Part shown: positions 9,044 through 17,941 of the stretch, in pieces
Layout of the letters: the number at the start of each line of letters is the position of its first letter
Position numbering within the stretch: the stretch's first letter is position 1
NCBI GenBank assembly: GCA_017625435.1
Contig: JAGAKX010000057.1
Span: forward strand, 35,558 to 99,557
Reading direction: 5' to 3'
DNA length: 64,000 nt
Origin: Clostridia bacterium
GTDB lineage: Bacteria > Bacillota > Clostridia > Oscillospirales > Acutalibacteraceae
Notes under the pieces: model-generated
The model's input: only the letters and a program-made list of their open reading frames with translations
Told to the model about the DNA's origin: nothing
The model's database searches: none
Made by a program: the position numbers and the translations under genes

Positions 9044-10180
9044 AAGGGCTATGTCCTCTACGGTGAGGAAATCTCCGCTGAACTGAGCACCGTTATTAAG
9101 AGACAGCCTGATATCGCTTTCAATTATCTCAGCTTTTCCGAATAAGTCAAGGCAACGCCTTGCAAAATCTCTGAAGCACAGAAGCGTTGCCTCGTTTTCA
9201 CTTAACTCCATTACAGCTGATTCAAAAGAATAACCGTGTTTTCTTATAAAGCCAAGGGGAAAAACAACATCACCGCCGTCGGTAAAATAACCGGATTCCG
9301 TAAAGCTATCTGACTTTACACCAAAGGCATCGCCAAAAGACAGACCGAAGAACACAGGAAAGTAAATATCTTTACACTTTTTTAAGGTATTCACCGATAC
9401 AGACGACGGAATTTCGCTCGAAACAAAGTTTTTTGTTCTGGCATATATTTTTCCCTCGCTGTCAACAAACTTTACGGAACCGTCCCGGTGATTGATTATA
9501 CCCGATATCAGCAAATCGCCTCTGACAACTGCAGTTCCGGGATAAATTTGCCCGTCTCCTCTGAATATCTCGGCATTGACTATCTCTCCGTCCTTTAAAG
9601 CAATTATATTTGTGTACCGCTCATCCTTCAGCTTCTCCTTAACCTTTACTTCGCTTATGTCAACAAACATACGTGTACCTGCAATTCTCACGTTTACCCA
9701 GGAAATATCGTCAAAGCTTTCATAAAGAAGATATTCGGCATCCTTGCAGTTCACGGTATCGGAAAAAGCTCCCACCTGTACCCCTGCCGTATGAAGCACC
9801 TCAAGAATTCTTTCCTCCGGTATAATATCCGTCGGGGCAATTTCAATGCTCCAGATAACAGAATGAAGAATTGCCGTGATAACCGTAAACAGAAGAAGCC
9901 CCAAGGGTATGCCGTACCTCTTTCTGTAGCGGTAAAATATATGCGGAAGACCGTATCTTTCAGTAATTTCAAGCTTCATTCCGCTTCTTTCAGCCACATC
10001 GGCAATGTTTTTTATGTGGGAAAAATGCACCTTGCCTGAAATCTCATTTCCGTTTCGCTTTAGATTATGAATCATTACCTTATTTTCAGCACAGTACATA
10101 ATAAATTCATCGGGAAAGCCCTCTGAAACGGAAAATTCGGCAACACCGAAAATGAAATCAGAGAAGTTTACTTTTTTCAT
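9002..10180 (-). CDS. yqfD: Sporulation protein YqfD (stage IV)
   Basis: 392 aa with one central TM (IPLGLLLFTVITAILHSVIW) and the FGVAEFSVSEGFPDEFI N-terminus typical of YqfD. Directly follows yqfC. Confidence 0.85.
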   Translation of the reverse strand: MKKVNFSDFIFGVAEFSVSEGFPDEFIMYCAENKVMIHNLKRNGNEISGKVHFSHIKNIADVAERSGMKLEITERYGLPHIFYRYRKRYGIPLGLLLFTVITAILHSVIWSIEIAPTDIIPEERILEVLHTAGVQVGAFSDTVNCKDAEYLLYESFDDISWVNVRIAGTRMFVDISEVKVKEKLKDERYTNIIALKDGEIVNAEIFRGDGQIYPGTAVVRGDLLISGIINHRDGSVKFVDSEGKIYARTKNFVSSEIPSSVSVNTLKKCKDIYFPVFFGLSFGDAFGVKSDSFTESGYFTDGGDVVFPLGFIRKHGYSFESAVMELSENEATLLCFRDFARRCLDLFGKAEIIESDIRLSLNNGAQFSGDFLTVEDIALKKEFTVEDTFPSR

Positions 10181-10184
10181 TAAC

Positions 10185-10469
10185 TCACCTCTTTATAAAA
10201 TTGATTGTCAGAATTTCTCCCGATACATTTATTTCGCTGTCAGAGAATTTTTGCATAAAAAGACCGCTTCCCTTAATTTCGGTAATAAATTTTTCCGATA
10301 AAACCAGAACAGAGCTTTCATCATAGCTTTTTATATCGGTAATACCCGTAACTCTCAGGGTTCCGTCTGAATTCATTTCCAGAAGATAGCTTCTGTCAGT
10401 ATCTATCTGAAGCGACCTTGCCATTTTTCGTGTAAAGGACTTCATCTTGTCAAAATCAGGTAATTTCAT
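10185..10469 (-). CDS. yqfC: YabP/YqfC family sporulation protein
   Basis: 94 aa, ...LRVTGITDIKSYDESSVLVLSE...INVSGEILTINF. Conserved yqfC-yqfD pair. Confidence 0.8.
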   Translation of the reverse strand: MKLPDFDKMKSFTRKMARSLQIDTDRSYLLEMNSDGTLRVTGITDIKSYDESSVLVLSEKFITEIKGSGLFMQKFSDSEINVSGEILTINFIKR

Positions 10470-10536
10470 CTTATCATCTCCGATAAATTTTATGATATCG
10501 GGAATTTTTATAGTACCTTAATTCATAAAATCTACT

Positions 10537-11607
10537 ATGAGAATTGTGACGACAAAATCCTTAAAACAGAACACCGCGGTGATATGCGCAGTTTTACTGC
10601 TGAGCTTTACAGTAATCCTGTCCGACAATGTAAGGACCGCTGCTGCTGATGCAGTAAACAGCTGTCTTACCGTTATTCTTCCCTGTATATTTCCCGTAAC
10701 AGTAATATCGTTCTTTATTCTGGAAACCGGCTTTCCGTTAAAAATAAAGCACATTACAGACGGTTTATTAAGATTTCTTTTCGGACTTTCGGGAAACTGC
10801 CTTGAAGGGGTAATACTGGGCCTCTCGGGTGGATATAACACGGCAGTAAAATGTGCTGTCAGGCTCAGGGAGAATAAAGCAATTTCAGCTGAGCAGGCAA
10901 AAAGGCTCTCGCTGTTCTTTACAAATCCCGGCATTTCGTTTACGGTTCTGCTTACGGGCTCAGCTCTTTCAGGATCACTTGCTGCCGGCTTCAGGTTATA
11001 TGCAGAAACAGTAATTCTGAATCTGATAACTGCATATTTATACAATAAAATTAAGTCTAACAAAGAAATAATACCTGTAACGGGAAACAGCAAAGGCATA
11101 TCGGATGCCTTTGTTTTGGCTGTGGAAGCTTCTTCAAAAGTAATAATGTCAATAAGCTTCAACATAATATTTTTTTCCTGTTTAACATCAGTTATCACGC
11201 ACCTGCTGCCGAATTCCTTCGTAAACGAAATAATAAGACTGATAAGTGAGGTAAGCTCTGCCGTAATTTATTCCTCAGCGAAATATCCTTTTTATATAAC
11301 CGCAGGTATTCTTACCTTTGGCGGAATCTGTATTTTTATACAAAACCTCGCTGATTTCAAAAAGATTGGAATTAAACCTGCTGATTTCTTAAAAATCCGT
11401 CTTTTGCAGTCATCCCTTGTAACAACAGCCGAATATATATTGTCAATAATTTTCCCCGAAAGCACTCTTACCGCGGTAATATATCCGGTTAAGGTGTCGG
11501 CATCTGCCAATGCCGCAGGAACACTTTCATTAATTTTTTTATGTGCCGTATATCTGATTGCCGTAAAAAATTTAACCGGAAAGCGCTCTGCGACAAAGAA
11601 AGTGTAA
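10537..11607 (+). CDS. Sporulation integral membrane protein YlbJ-like (nucleoside-recognition/Gate-type polytopic membrane protein)
   Basis: 356 aa and highly hydrophobic throughout; LTVILPCIFPVTVISFF...GLSGGYNTAVKCA motif region. Divergent from yqfC. The start codon has no clear RBS, so the exact start is uncertain. Confidence 0.6.
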   Translation: MRIVTTKSLKQNTAVICAVLLLSFTVILSDNVRTAAADAVNSCLTVILPCIFPVTVISFFILETGFPLKIKHITDGLLRFLFGLSGNCLEGVILGLSGGYNTAVKCAVRLRENKAISAEQAKRLSLFFTNPGISFTVLLTGSALSGSLAAGFRLYAETVILNLITAYLYNKIKSNKEIIPVTGNSKGISDAFVLAVEASSKVIMSISFNIIFFSCLTSVITHLLPNSFVNEIIRLISEVSSAVIYSSAKYPFYITAGILTFGGICIFIQNLADFKKIGIKPADFLKIRLLQSSLVTTAEYILSIIFPESTLTAVIYPVKVSASANAAGTLSLIFLCAVYLIAVKNLTGKRSATKKV

Positions 11608-11625
11608 TAATTACAAAAACAGAAC

Positions 11626-11654
11626 TTGCCGAAATGAAATAAATATGATAAAAT
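11626..11654 (+). promoter_or_regulatory. Sigma-A-type promoter of the small Cys4 ORF-cysK unit
   Basis: TTGCCG-17 nt-TAAAAT with an extended -10 TG. Confidence 0.5.
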
Positions 11655-11687
11655 CATAATATCAATAAGCTGAAAGAGTGAATTAAA

Positions 11688-11903
11688 TTGAGCAGAAAAG
11701 TTTATGATGTAAAAGAACCCAGATGTGCATATTGTCTCAGAGGTAAATTATCTGCAGACGGCGAAACCGTTCTCTGTCCGAAAAAAGGCGTTATGGATAA
11801 GTATTTCAGCTGTAAGAAGTTCAAATATGATCCTCTTAAAAGAATCCCGGAAGAGAAAAAGCCCTTTATGCCTGAGTTTACTCCTGATGATTTTGCTCTT
11901 TGA
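11688..11903 (+). CDS. Small Cys4 (zinc-ribbon-like) protein, 71 aa, function unknown
   Basis: TTG start. CAYC-x13-C-x11-C pattern. Near-consensus promoter upstream and only 20 nt before cysK. The RBS is weak, so coding status is not certain. Confidence 0.45.
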   Translation: MSRKVYDVKEPRCAYCLRGKLSADGETVLCPKKGVMDKYFSCKKFKYDPLKRIPEEKKPFMPEFTPDDFAL

Positions 11904-11923
11904 CAGACAACGAGGAATAAAGT

Positions 11924-12895
11924 ATGTATAAAAAATTCAATCTCGGAATAGGATTAGATAAAAACGGCAGAATTGCAGAAAATCTCACGGAGCTTGCTGG
12001 CAATACTCCTATGGTAAAGTTATCGGGCTTCGCAAGAGAGTGTAAAACCGACGCTGAAATTATTGCAAAGCTTGAATACTTCAATCCCCTGGGCAGTTCA
12101 AAGGACAGAGTCGGAATAGCACTTGTTGAGGATGCGGAAAAGAAAGGCCTTATAAAGAAAGGTGCCGTTATCATTGAACCCACAAGCGGAAATACGGGTG
12201 TCGGTTTAGCTCTGGCAGCTGCTGTCAAGGGCTATAAGCTTATTCTTACAATGCCCGAAAATATGAGCAGAGAAAGAGTTCTTCTGTTGAAAGCTCTCGG
12301 TGCAGAAATTGTACTGACCAATGCTTCTGACGGTATGGCTGGGGCAATAGAAAAAGCTCGGGAGATTAAAAGTAATACAGAAAACTCCTTTATCCCCGAC
12401 CAATTCAACAATCCTGCAAATGCGGATATTCACAGAAAAACCACAGGACCGGAGATTCTGAGAGATACTTACGGAAAAATTGATTATTTTGTAGCCGGAG
12501 TAGGCACGGGCGGTACAATAACAGGTGTCGGTGAAGTGCTGAAGGCATTCAATCCGGAAATTAAAATCATTGCCGTTGAGCCTTCTTCATCACCTGTGCT
12601 TTCAGGCGGTGAGAAGGGTGTTCACGGTCTTATGGGAATCGGTGCCGGCTTCATCCCCTCTATTCTTAACCGAAGTATTATTGATGAGGTTATTACTGTT
12701 TCTGAGGAGGATGCATATAAAGCATCAAGAACTGCAGCAAAAACTGACGGTGTGCTTACAGGTATTTCCTCGGGTGCCGTTCTTCACGCTGCAAAGGAAA
12801 TTGCCCTGAGAAATAACAATAAAGGAAAAAGAATTGTTGTTCTTCTTCCCGATTCGGGAGAGAGATATCTTTCCACAGAGCTTTTTAACGACTGA
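11924..12895 (+). CDS. cysK: Cysteine synthase A (O-acetylserine sulfhydrylase)
   Basis: ELAGNTPMVKL, SSKDRVG (PLP lysine) and GVGTGGTITGVG motifs. GAGGAA RBS. Confidence 0.9.
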   Translation: MYKKFNLGIGLDKNGRIAENLTELAGNTPMVKLSGFARECKTDAEIIAKLEYFNPLGSSKDRVGIALVEDAEKKGLIKKGAVIIEPTSGNTGVGLALAAAVKGYKLILTMPENMSRERVLLLKALGAEIVLTNASDGMAGAIEKAREIKSNTENSFIPDQFNNPANADIHRKTTGPEILRDTYGKIDYFVAGVGTGGTITGVGEVLKAFNPEIKIIAVEPSSSPVLSGGEKGVHGLMGIGAGFIPSILNRSIIDEVITVSEEDAYKASRTAAKTDGVLTGISSGAVLHAAKEIALRNNNKGKRIVVLLPDSGERYLSTELFND

Positions 12896-12901
12896 TAATA
12901 A

Positions 12902-12937
12902 AAGGATGTACATTCGCTTGTACATCCTTATTTTTTT
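12902..12937 (+). terminator. Intrinsic terminator of cysK
   Basis: AAGGATGTACA-TTCGCT-TGTACATCCTT followed by a T7 run. Confidence 0.8.
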
Positions 12938-12954
12938 GTGTAAAGGAGATATTT

Positions 12955-14238
12955 ATGAGACTTGCAGCAGGTGATACAGGTGCATTGGTTGAGCTTTTAC
13001 AGCTGGCACTTATAAGATCAGGCTTTCTGTCGGGTGAGCCTGACGGGATTTTCGGACAAAAAACCGAGGATGCAGTAAAAAGATTTCAATTAGCTTTCAA
13101 TCTGTCGACCGACGGTATTGCAGGCGAAAAGACATTTTCAGAGCTCGAAAAATATATAACGGGATATTATATAAAAACAGTAAGCAAAGGTGAAACGCTG
13201 TGGTCAATAGCCGCACTTGCAGGAACATCCCTTGATGCTGTAATTACCGCTAATCCCGGAATTGATCCTGACAGAATATTCCCCGGTGACAAGATAACCG
13301 TACCTTTTATTTATCCCTTGGTTCCGACAGATATTTCTTATTCATCATATCTTGTAAGGCTTATATGCCGCGGACTTGTGGCACGTTATCCGTTTATTAA
13401 GCTTGAAAGTACGGGTAAAAGCGTTATGGGAAGAGATTTATGGGCTATGACCGCAGGAAACGGAACAAATGAAATTTTTATAAACGCAGGCTTTCATTCA
13501 AACGAATGGCTCAATATTCCCGTTGTTCTGAAATTTTTCGAGGAATACTTGAAAGCTGTTTCAAGAAAACGGCTTCTTTACGGAGAAAATGCGAAAGAAT
13601 TATATAATAACACGCGTCTTCATCTGATGCCCCTTGTAAATCCTGACGGGCTTGACCTTGTAACAGGTGCACTCAGGGAGGGAGAATACTATGATAATGC
13701 AAGAAATATTTCCTCGGACTTCCCTTTTGTACCGTTTCCCTCGGGGTGGAAGGCTAATATTAAAGGCGTTGACCTGAATCTTCAGTATCCGGCAGAATGG
13801 GAAAAAGCAAGAGAAATTAAATTCAGTCAGGGCTTTTCGAAGCCCTCACCAATAGAATATGTAGGTCCTGCTCCCCTTTCTGAGCCTGAGGCAATTGCGG
13901 TATATAATTATACGGTTAATAACGATTTCAAGCTGATTCTTGCTTATCATTCCCAGGGAAGCATTATTTATTGGCGTTATCTTGATTTTCTGCCGCCCGA
14001 AAGCCTCAGAATCGGTAATATTTTAAGTGAAGCTTCGGGTTATCCCTTAGAGACAACACCTCCCGATTCCTCTTATGCAGGGTATAAGGATTGGTTTATA
14101 AAAAGCTATAACAGACCGGGGTTTACAATTGAAACGGGTCTTGGGGTTAACCCTCTGCCGATAACACAGTTTGATAAAATTTACGAAGAAAACAAATATC
14201 TTATTATTTATGCAATAAGAGAAGCTGCAGAGCTGTAA
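12955..14238 (+). CDS. PG-binding + LysM + M14 zinc carboxypeptidase (gamma-D-glutamyl-meso-diaminopimelate peptidase-like)
   Basis: N-terminal DGIFGQKTEDAVKRFQ PG_binding_1, a LysM (VSKGETLWSIAALAGTSLDAVITANP), and the HSNEW zinc motif of M14. Confidence 0.8.
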   Translation: MRLAAGDTGALVELLQLALIRSGFLSGEPDGIFGQKTEDAVKRFQLAFNLSTDGIAGEKTFSELEKYITGYYIKTVSKGETLWSIAALAGTSLDAVITANPGIDPDRIFPGDKITVPFIYPLVPTDISYSSYLVRLICRGLVARYPFIKLESTGKSVMGRDLWAMTAGNGTNEIFINAGFHSNEWLNIPVVLKFFEEYLKAVSRKRLLYGENAKELYNNTRLHLMPLVNPDGLDLVTGALREGEYYDNARNISSDFPFVPFPSGWKANIKGVDLNLQYPAEWEKAREIKFSQGFSKPSPIEYVGPAPLSEPEAIAVYNYTVNNDFKLILAYHSQGSIIYWRYLDFLPPESLRIGNILSEASGYPLETTPPDSSYAGYKDWFIKSYNRPGFTIETGLGVNPLPITQFDKIYEENKYLIIYAIREAAEL

Positions 14239-14240
14239 TA

Positions 14241-14278
14241 AAAGAAAAAACGGACACGGCTGAAATATACCGTGTCCG
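14241..14278 (-). terminator. Intrinsic terminator at the end of the minus-strand sugar operon (may also stop the convergent peptidase gene)
   Basis: CGGACACGG-N10-CCGTGTCCG. The A-rich run on the plus side gives a U-run on the minus strand. Confidence 0.65.
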
Positions 14279-14291
14279 AAACAAATTAAAG

Positions 14292-15350
14292 TTATCTTTC
14301 TATATCAACTGACTTTCCTGTCTCTGCGGAAAGGTAAATTGCATCGAGTATTCTCATCAGCTCAACGCCGTCTTCTGCGGTTGCAAGACATTCTGCCTTG
14401 CCCTTTACCGCATCAACGAAGTTTTTGATTTCTCTCTTGAAATCTCTGCCAAAATCAAAATCATTCTTTCCGTGAGGAATAATGTCTGCAAGCTCGTTAT
14501 TGACTTCTGTGTAAAGCTCGAAGGGAGAAAGATTAAGTCCTGCTTTATCACCGAAGAAAATAATATCTCCGCAGCCGTGCTTTGTATTAAGATTGAAGGA
14601 TGCTTCAACCTGTAAAACAGCACCGTTATCAAAACGAATCATAGCTGTTGCGAGGTCCTCAACTGTGAATACGGGCTCTTCAACCTCAGTTTCGCTGTGC
14701 CACTCGGTGCCCTTAATATGATTTCTTGCACCGATTTTATTAAAGGTTGCTCCGAACACGGTAACGGGCTTGGGACATCCCATAATATAACGGGAAAGGT
14801 CAATTACGTGAACACCCAGGTCAATAAGCGGACCGCCGCCCGACAGCTCCTTGTTGCCGAACCAACCGCCGGGGAAACCGCATCTTCTGAGGTATGACGC
14901 CTTTGCATAGTAAATGTCTCCCACATAGCCCTTATTAATGTAGTCAATTGCAGCCGCCGCATCATTACCCTGACGGCGGACAAAGCCTATCATAAGAAGC
15001 TTTCCGTTTTTATCGGCAGCCTCCTTCATTTTAAGAGCCTCTTCGGTGTTCATTGCCATAGGCTTTTCACAAAGAACATTACAGCCGGAATTCAGAGCTG
15101 CAATTGTGCATTCGGCGTGAGCATTGTTCCATGTACAAACGCTTACAAGGTCAAGCTTATGGTTTTTAAGCATATCATAGCAGTTATCGTAGCAATTGGG
15201 AATTGAGTATTTCTCGGCATAAGCCTTGGCCTTTGGGAAATTGATATCACAGCAGGCTACGAGCTCTACCTCATCACCGAGGGCTTTGTAGCCGTCCATA
15301 TGTGCATTGGCAATACCGCCGTTGCCGATAATTCCAACTTTAAGTGCCAT
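14292..15350 (-). CDS. Gfo/Idh/MocA family oxidoreductase
   Basis: LKVGIIGNGGIANAH Rossmann N-terminus and the LCEKPMA motif. Confidence 0.85.
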   Translation of the reverse strand: MALKVGIIGNGGIANAHMDGYKALGDEVELVACCDINFPKAKAYAEKYSIPNCYDNCYDMLKNHKLDLVSVCTWNNAHAECTIAALNSGCNVLCEKPMAMNTEEALKMKEAADKNGKLLMIGFVRRQGNDAAAAIDYINKGYVGDIYYAKASYLRRCGFPGGWFGNKELSGGGPLIDLGVHVIDLSRYIMGCPKPVTVFGATFNKIGARNHIKGTEWHSETEVEEPVFTVEDLATAMIRFDNGAVLQVEASFNLNTKHGCGDIIFFGDKAGLNLSPFELYTEVNNELADIIPHGKNDFDFGRDFKREIKNFVDAVKGKAECLATAEDGVELMRILDAIYLSAETGKSVDIER

Positions 15351-15363
15351 AATTTATTCTCCT

Positions 15364-16161
15364 TTATCGGTAAATGTCAGCAAGTATATCTGTAAGAAAA
15401 GCTACTGCATTTTTAATATCCTGAAAACGTGTTGCTCCTGCTTCTCTTTCAATAGTAAGGAAGCCGTCATAGCCGATTTCGTTAAGAGCTGCAATATACT
15501 CGGGGAAAGGAACACCGCCTGAGCCAAGGGGCTTTTCTTCATAATCATCATCGGAAAGCTTTATTCCGTCCTTAGCGTGGGTGTGAACAATATAGTCCTT
15601 AAGAATATGAACAGCCTCTACGGGGTCCTGACCTGCACACATAACAAAATTGGCAGGGTCAAGATTAACTTTAGCACTCTTGGTATCTGCCTTTTTCAGA
15701 ATTCCTCTGAGCTTTATTGCCATTTCGGGACCTGTCTCCGTTGCAAAGGAAACACCGATACTGTCACCGTATTTTCCCAGTCTTTCAATTGTATTTACGA
15801 TATTATGGTATTCCTCGCTGTTTTCATCATCGGGAACCTTACCGATATGGGTCGTAATTACCCTTGTATCAAGGTCAACTGCAAGGTCCATCATTTTCAT
15901 TGTTCTGAGTATTCCCTCTTCATTTGAGCCCTTTTCGTTAAAATGAAGACCGAAATCTGCACAGAGAGCGGAAAACACAAGGCCGTTATCCTTAACATAC
16001 TTAAGAATACCTGCCCTGTCTTCTTTAGAGAGATTCTCGGGAGCAAGCTCACCGTGGGTTACATAGGGCTGAAGACCCTTTACGCCCATATCACGGGCAA
16101 GTATCACAGCTTCCTTAAAGGGAACCTGAAAGGAATCGGGAATAACACCTATTTTCATCAT
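15364..16161 (-). CDS. Sugar phosphate isomerase/epimerase (xylose-isomerase-like TIM barrel)
   Basis: 265 aa; ...THIG...SFATETGPE...HTHAKDG...LTIERE pattern of metal-binding residues typical of the AP_endonuc_2 fold. Confidence 0.8.
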   Translation of the reverse strand: MMKIGVIPDSFQVPFKEAVILARDMGVKGLQPYVTHGELAPENLSKEDRAGILKYVKDNGLVFSALCADFGLHFNEKGSNEEGILRTMKMMDLAVDLDTRVITTHIGKVPDDENSEEYHNIVNTIERLGKYGDSIGVSFATETGPEMAIKLRGILKKADTKSAKVNLDPANFVMCAGQDPVEAVHILKDYIVHTHAKDGIKLSDDDYEEKPLGSGGVPFPEYIAALNEIGYDGFLTIEREAGATRFQDIKNAVAFLTDILADIYR

Positions 16162-16187
16162 AATATAATACCTCCTGAAGAAAATAT

Positions 16188-16973
16188 TTATAAGCTTCTG
16201 AGCACTTTTATAGCGGCAGGAGCTTCAGTTGCGAAATCTGTAACACCGGCTTCAATGGAGCATCTTTCGCAGGTGCCCTTACTCAAAGCGTCAATAAAGG
16301 ATTTATAATCATATTCATCGGCTGACAAGGGATAAACTCTGTTTTTTCCGTCACGCTCAACAGGATTTGCAATATGTGCGTGAACAACGGAATCCGTAAT
16401 CATAAGAAGATCCTCATTAGTATCACCGCACTGATCCATATGATAAAGGTCAGCAAGACAGCGGACATTATCTCTGTCAGCAAGGGCAGCGAGAAGCACA
16501 CCCTCCTTGACAGTATTTATCATATTTGTTTCTGCCTTGCGAAGAGGCTCTGTGACTATAGTTATACCATACTTTGCGGCTTCGGGGGATGCAATTTCAC
16601 GAAGAAAATAACCCATCTGACGAACAGCTTTTTCATAAGAAAAGCCCTCCTTGATGCTTCTTGCCCCGGACGAGCCGAAAACAACAGTCTTAACACCCAT
16701 TCTTGCACAGTTCTTCATTCCGCGGGCAACAAATTCAGCTAATGCATCATAATCAACATTTTCACCCGTTACGGGAAGAGAACCGGGAAGGAAGCAATTT
16801 ACAGCCTCCGAATAAATATTATATTTCTTTTCTCTTTCTTCCCATTCGCAAAGCTGTTCTTCAGAGGCGTTTGCAAACATCTGAAAACCGCATTCTATGT
16901 AATCGTATCCGCTTTCGGCGGCGATTTTTACGTTTTCTTCATTATCAAGTCCCGTACAGACACCGAATCTCAT
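16188..16973 (-). CDS. Sugar phosphate isomerase/epimerase (xylose-isomerase-like TIM barrel), second copy
   Basis: MRFGVCTG...GYDYIECG...VTEPL...HAHIANP...SIEAG. ATG at 16973 preceded by GGAGGA; the track start at 16979 is TTG. Confidence 0.8.
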   Translation of the reverse strand: MRFGVCTGLDNEENVKIAAESGYDYIECGFQMFANASEEQLCEWEEREKKYNIYSEAVNCFLPGSLPVTGENVDYDALAEFVARGMKNCARMGVKTVVFGSSGARSIKEGFSYEKAVRQMGYFLREIASPEAAKYGITIVTEPLRKAETNMINTVKEGVLLAALADRDNVRCLADLYHMDQCGDTNEDLLMITDSVVHAHIANPVERDGKNRVYPLSADEYDYKSFIDALSKGTCERCSIEAGVTDFATEAPAAIKVLRSL

Positions 16974-16975
16974 AA

Positions 16976-17866
16976 TCAATCCTCCGTTTTTCCGAATTTT
17001 TCATCAAGATATTGCGAGAACGCAAGAAGAAGACGGTCATTTCTTGCATTTCCGTCATACTGTGAATAGCCGTGCCAGGCTGCCGCCGCTTTTCTTTTTA
17101 CTGAAAATGCCACACATTGTCCGTGAGCACCTGTTTTAAGATAAATATCCGTGCCTCTGAATGAGGAACAGGCATAGTCATTTTCCATTGCATCCTTTAT
17201 ATAATCGGGGCTTAAAATATCTTTACCGTCAGCTTTTCCGCCGTTTGCCCACAGAAATCCGACCTTAGCGGTATCATCGCTTCTGATACATAGTCCGCCT
17301 CCGCCTATGGTGTGCCCCATAGGGCAAAGAAGCATTCCCCATTGTCTGAAGAAGAGGGGCTTTGCTAATTTTTCACGGATAAACTCATAAGCTGTCATTC
17401 CGGATGCCTTAGCGATGATTCTTCCTAAAAGATAGTAAGCGGCATCGGAATATTTCCGCTCGGTGCCGGGCTCAGCCTCAATCTTAATTGAAAAGACATA
17501 TTTCAGGAAATCCTCACCGATTAAAGCTATGTGCTCGTCCTCATCAACGCCGTAAGGAATATGAAGCATTCCCGTTTTGTGCTGAAGAGCATGACGGACA
17601 GTAACCTTCTTCCATCCTTCATCAATTTTATCACCGATTTCGTCTTTTGTAAAGAAGTCAGTTACCTTATCGCTAAGCTTCAGCTTACCTTCCGTAACAA
17701 GAATTCCTATTGCAGAAGATATGAAGAATTTTGTAACCGAATGGCTGTTATTGGCAGAATTGCAGCTTCCGTTACGAAGATATTCTGTGCCGTCTTCTGT
17801 TATGACTGCAATATCATACATCGGCTCGGTTTCTTTTCCGAATGCTTCAAAAAGTGCATTTGACAT
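16976..17866 (-). CDS. Serine hydrolase, beta-lactamase/esterase family, cytoplasmic
   Basis: SVTK (SxxK) nucleophile motif and no signal peptide. ATG at 17866 preceded by GAAGAGGG; the track N-terminal extension crosses a terminator-like hairpin. Confidence 0.8.
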   Translation of the reverse strand: MSNALFEAFGKETEPMYDIAVITEDGTEYLRNGSCNSANNSHSVTKFFISSAIGILVTEGKLKLSDKVTDFFTKDEIGDKIDEGWKKVTVRHALQHKTGMLHIPYGVDEDEHIALIGEDFLKYVFSIKIEAEPGTERKYSDAAYYLLGRIIAKASGMTAYEFIREKLAKPLFFRQWGMLLCPMGHTIGGGGLCIRSDDTAKVGFLWANGGKADGKDILSPDYIKDAMENDYACSSFRGTDIYLKTGAHGQCVAFSVKRKAAAAWHGYSQYDGNARNDRLLLAFSQYLDEKFGKTED

Positions 17867-17881
17867 ATTAATACCCTCTTC

Positions 17882-17914
17882 AAAAATTGCGTAAGCGGAA
17901 TTCCGCCTACGCAA
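17882..17914 (-). terminator. Intra-operon terminator-like, GTAG-headed palindrome between the GPH transporter and serine hydrolase genes
   Basis: Minus strand TTGCGTAGGCGGAATTCCGCTTACGCAA, a 28-nt palindrome with one A.C mismatch, followed by TTTTTG and then the GAAGAGGG RBS. Confidence 0.5.
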
Positions 17915-17941
17915 AAAGGCTTAGTTTACAAACTTTTAATT

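Noticed and set aside
10470-10536. Sigma-E promoter guesses for divergent yqfC and ylbJ (CATAAAAT-like -10), and a sigma-G guess at 47362-47427 for the ger operon
   Set aside because: The matches to the alternative-sigma consensus were partial, and the spacing was wrong for the ger case. They are too weak to report as features without a position-weight-matrix scan.
10518-11198. 226-aa minus-strand ORF overlapping the ylbJ-like gene
   Set aside because: It is antisense to a longer, uniformly hydrophobic membrane-protein ORF that fits the yqfC/ylbJ sporulation context. The antisense product is low-complexity and has no RBS.
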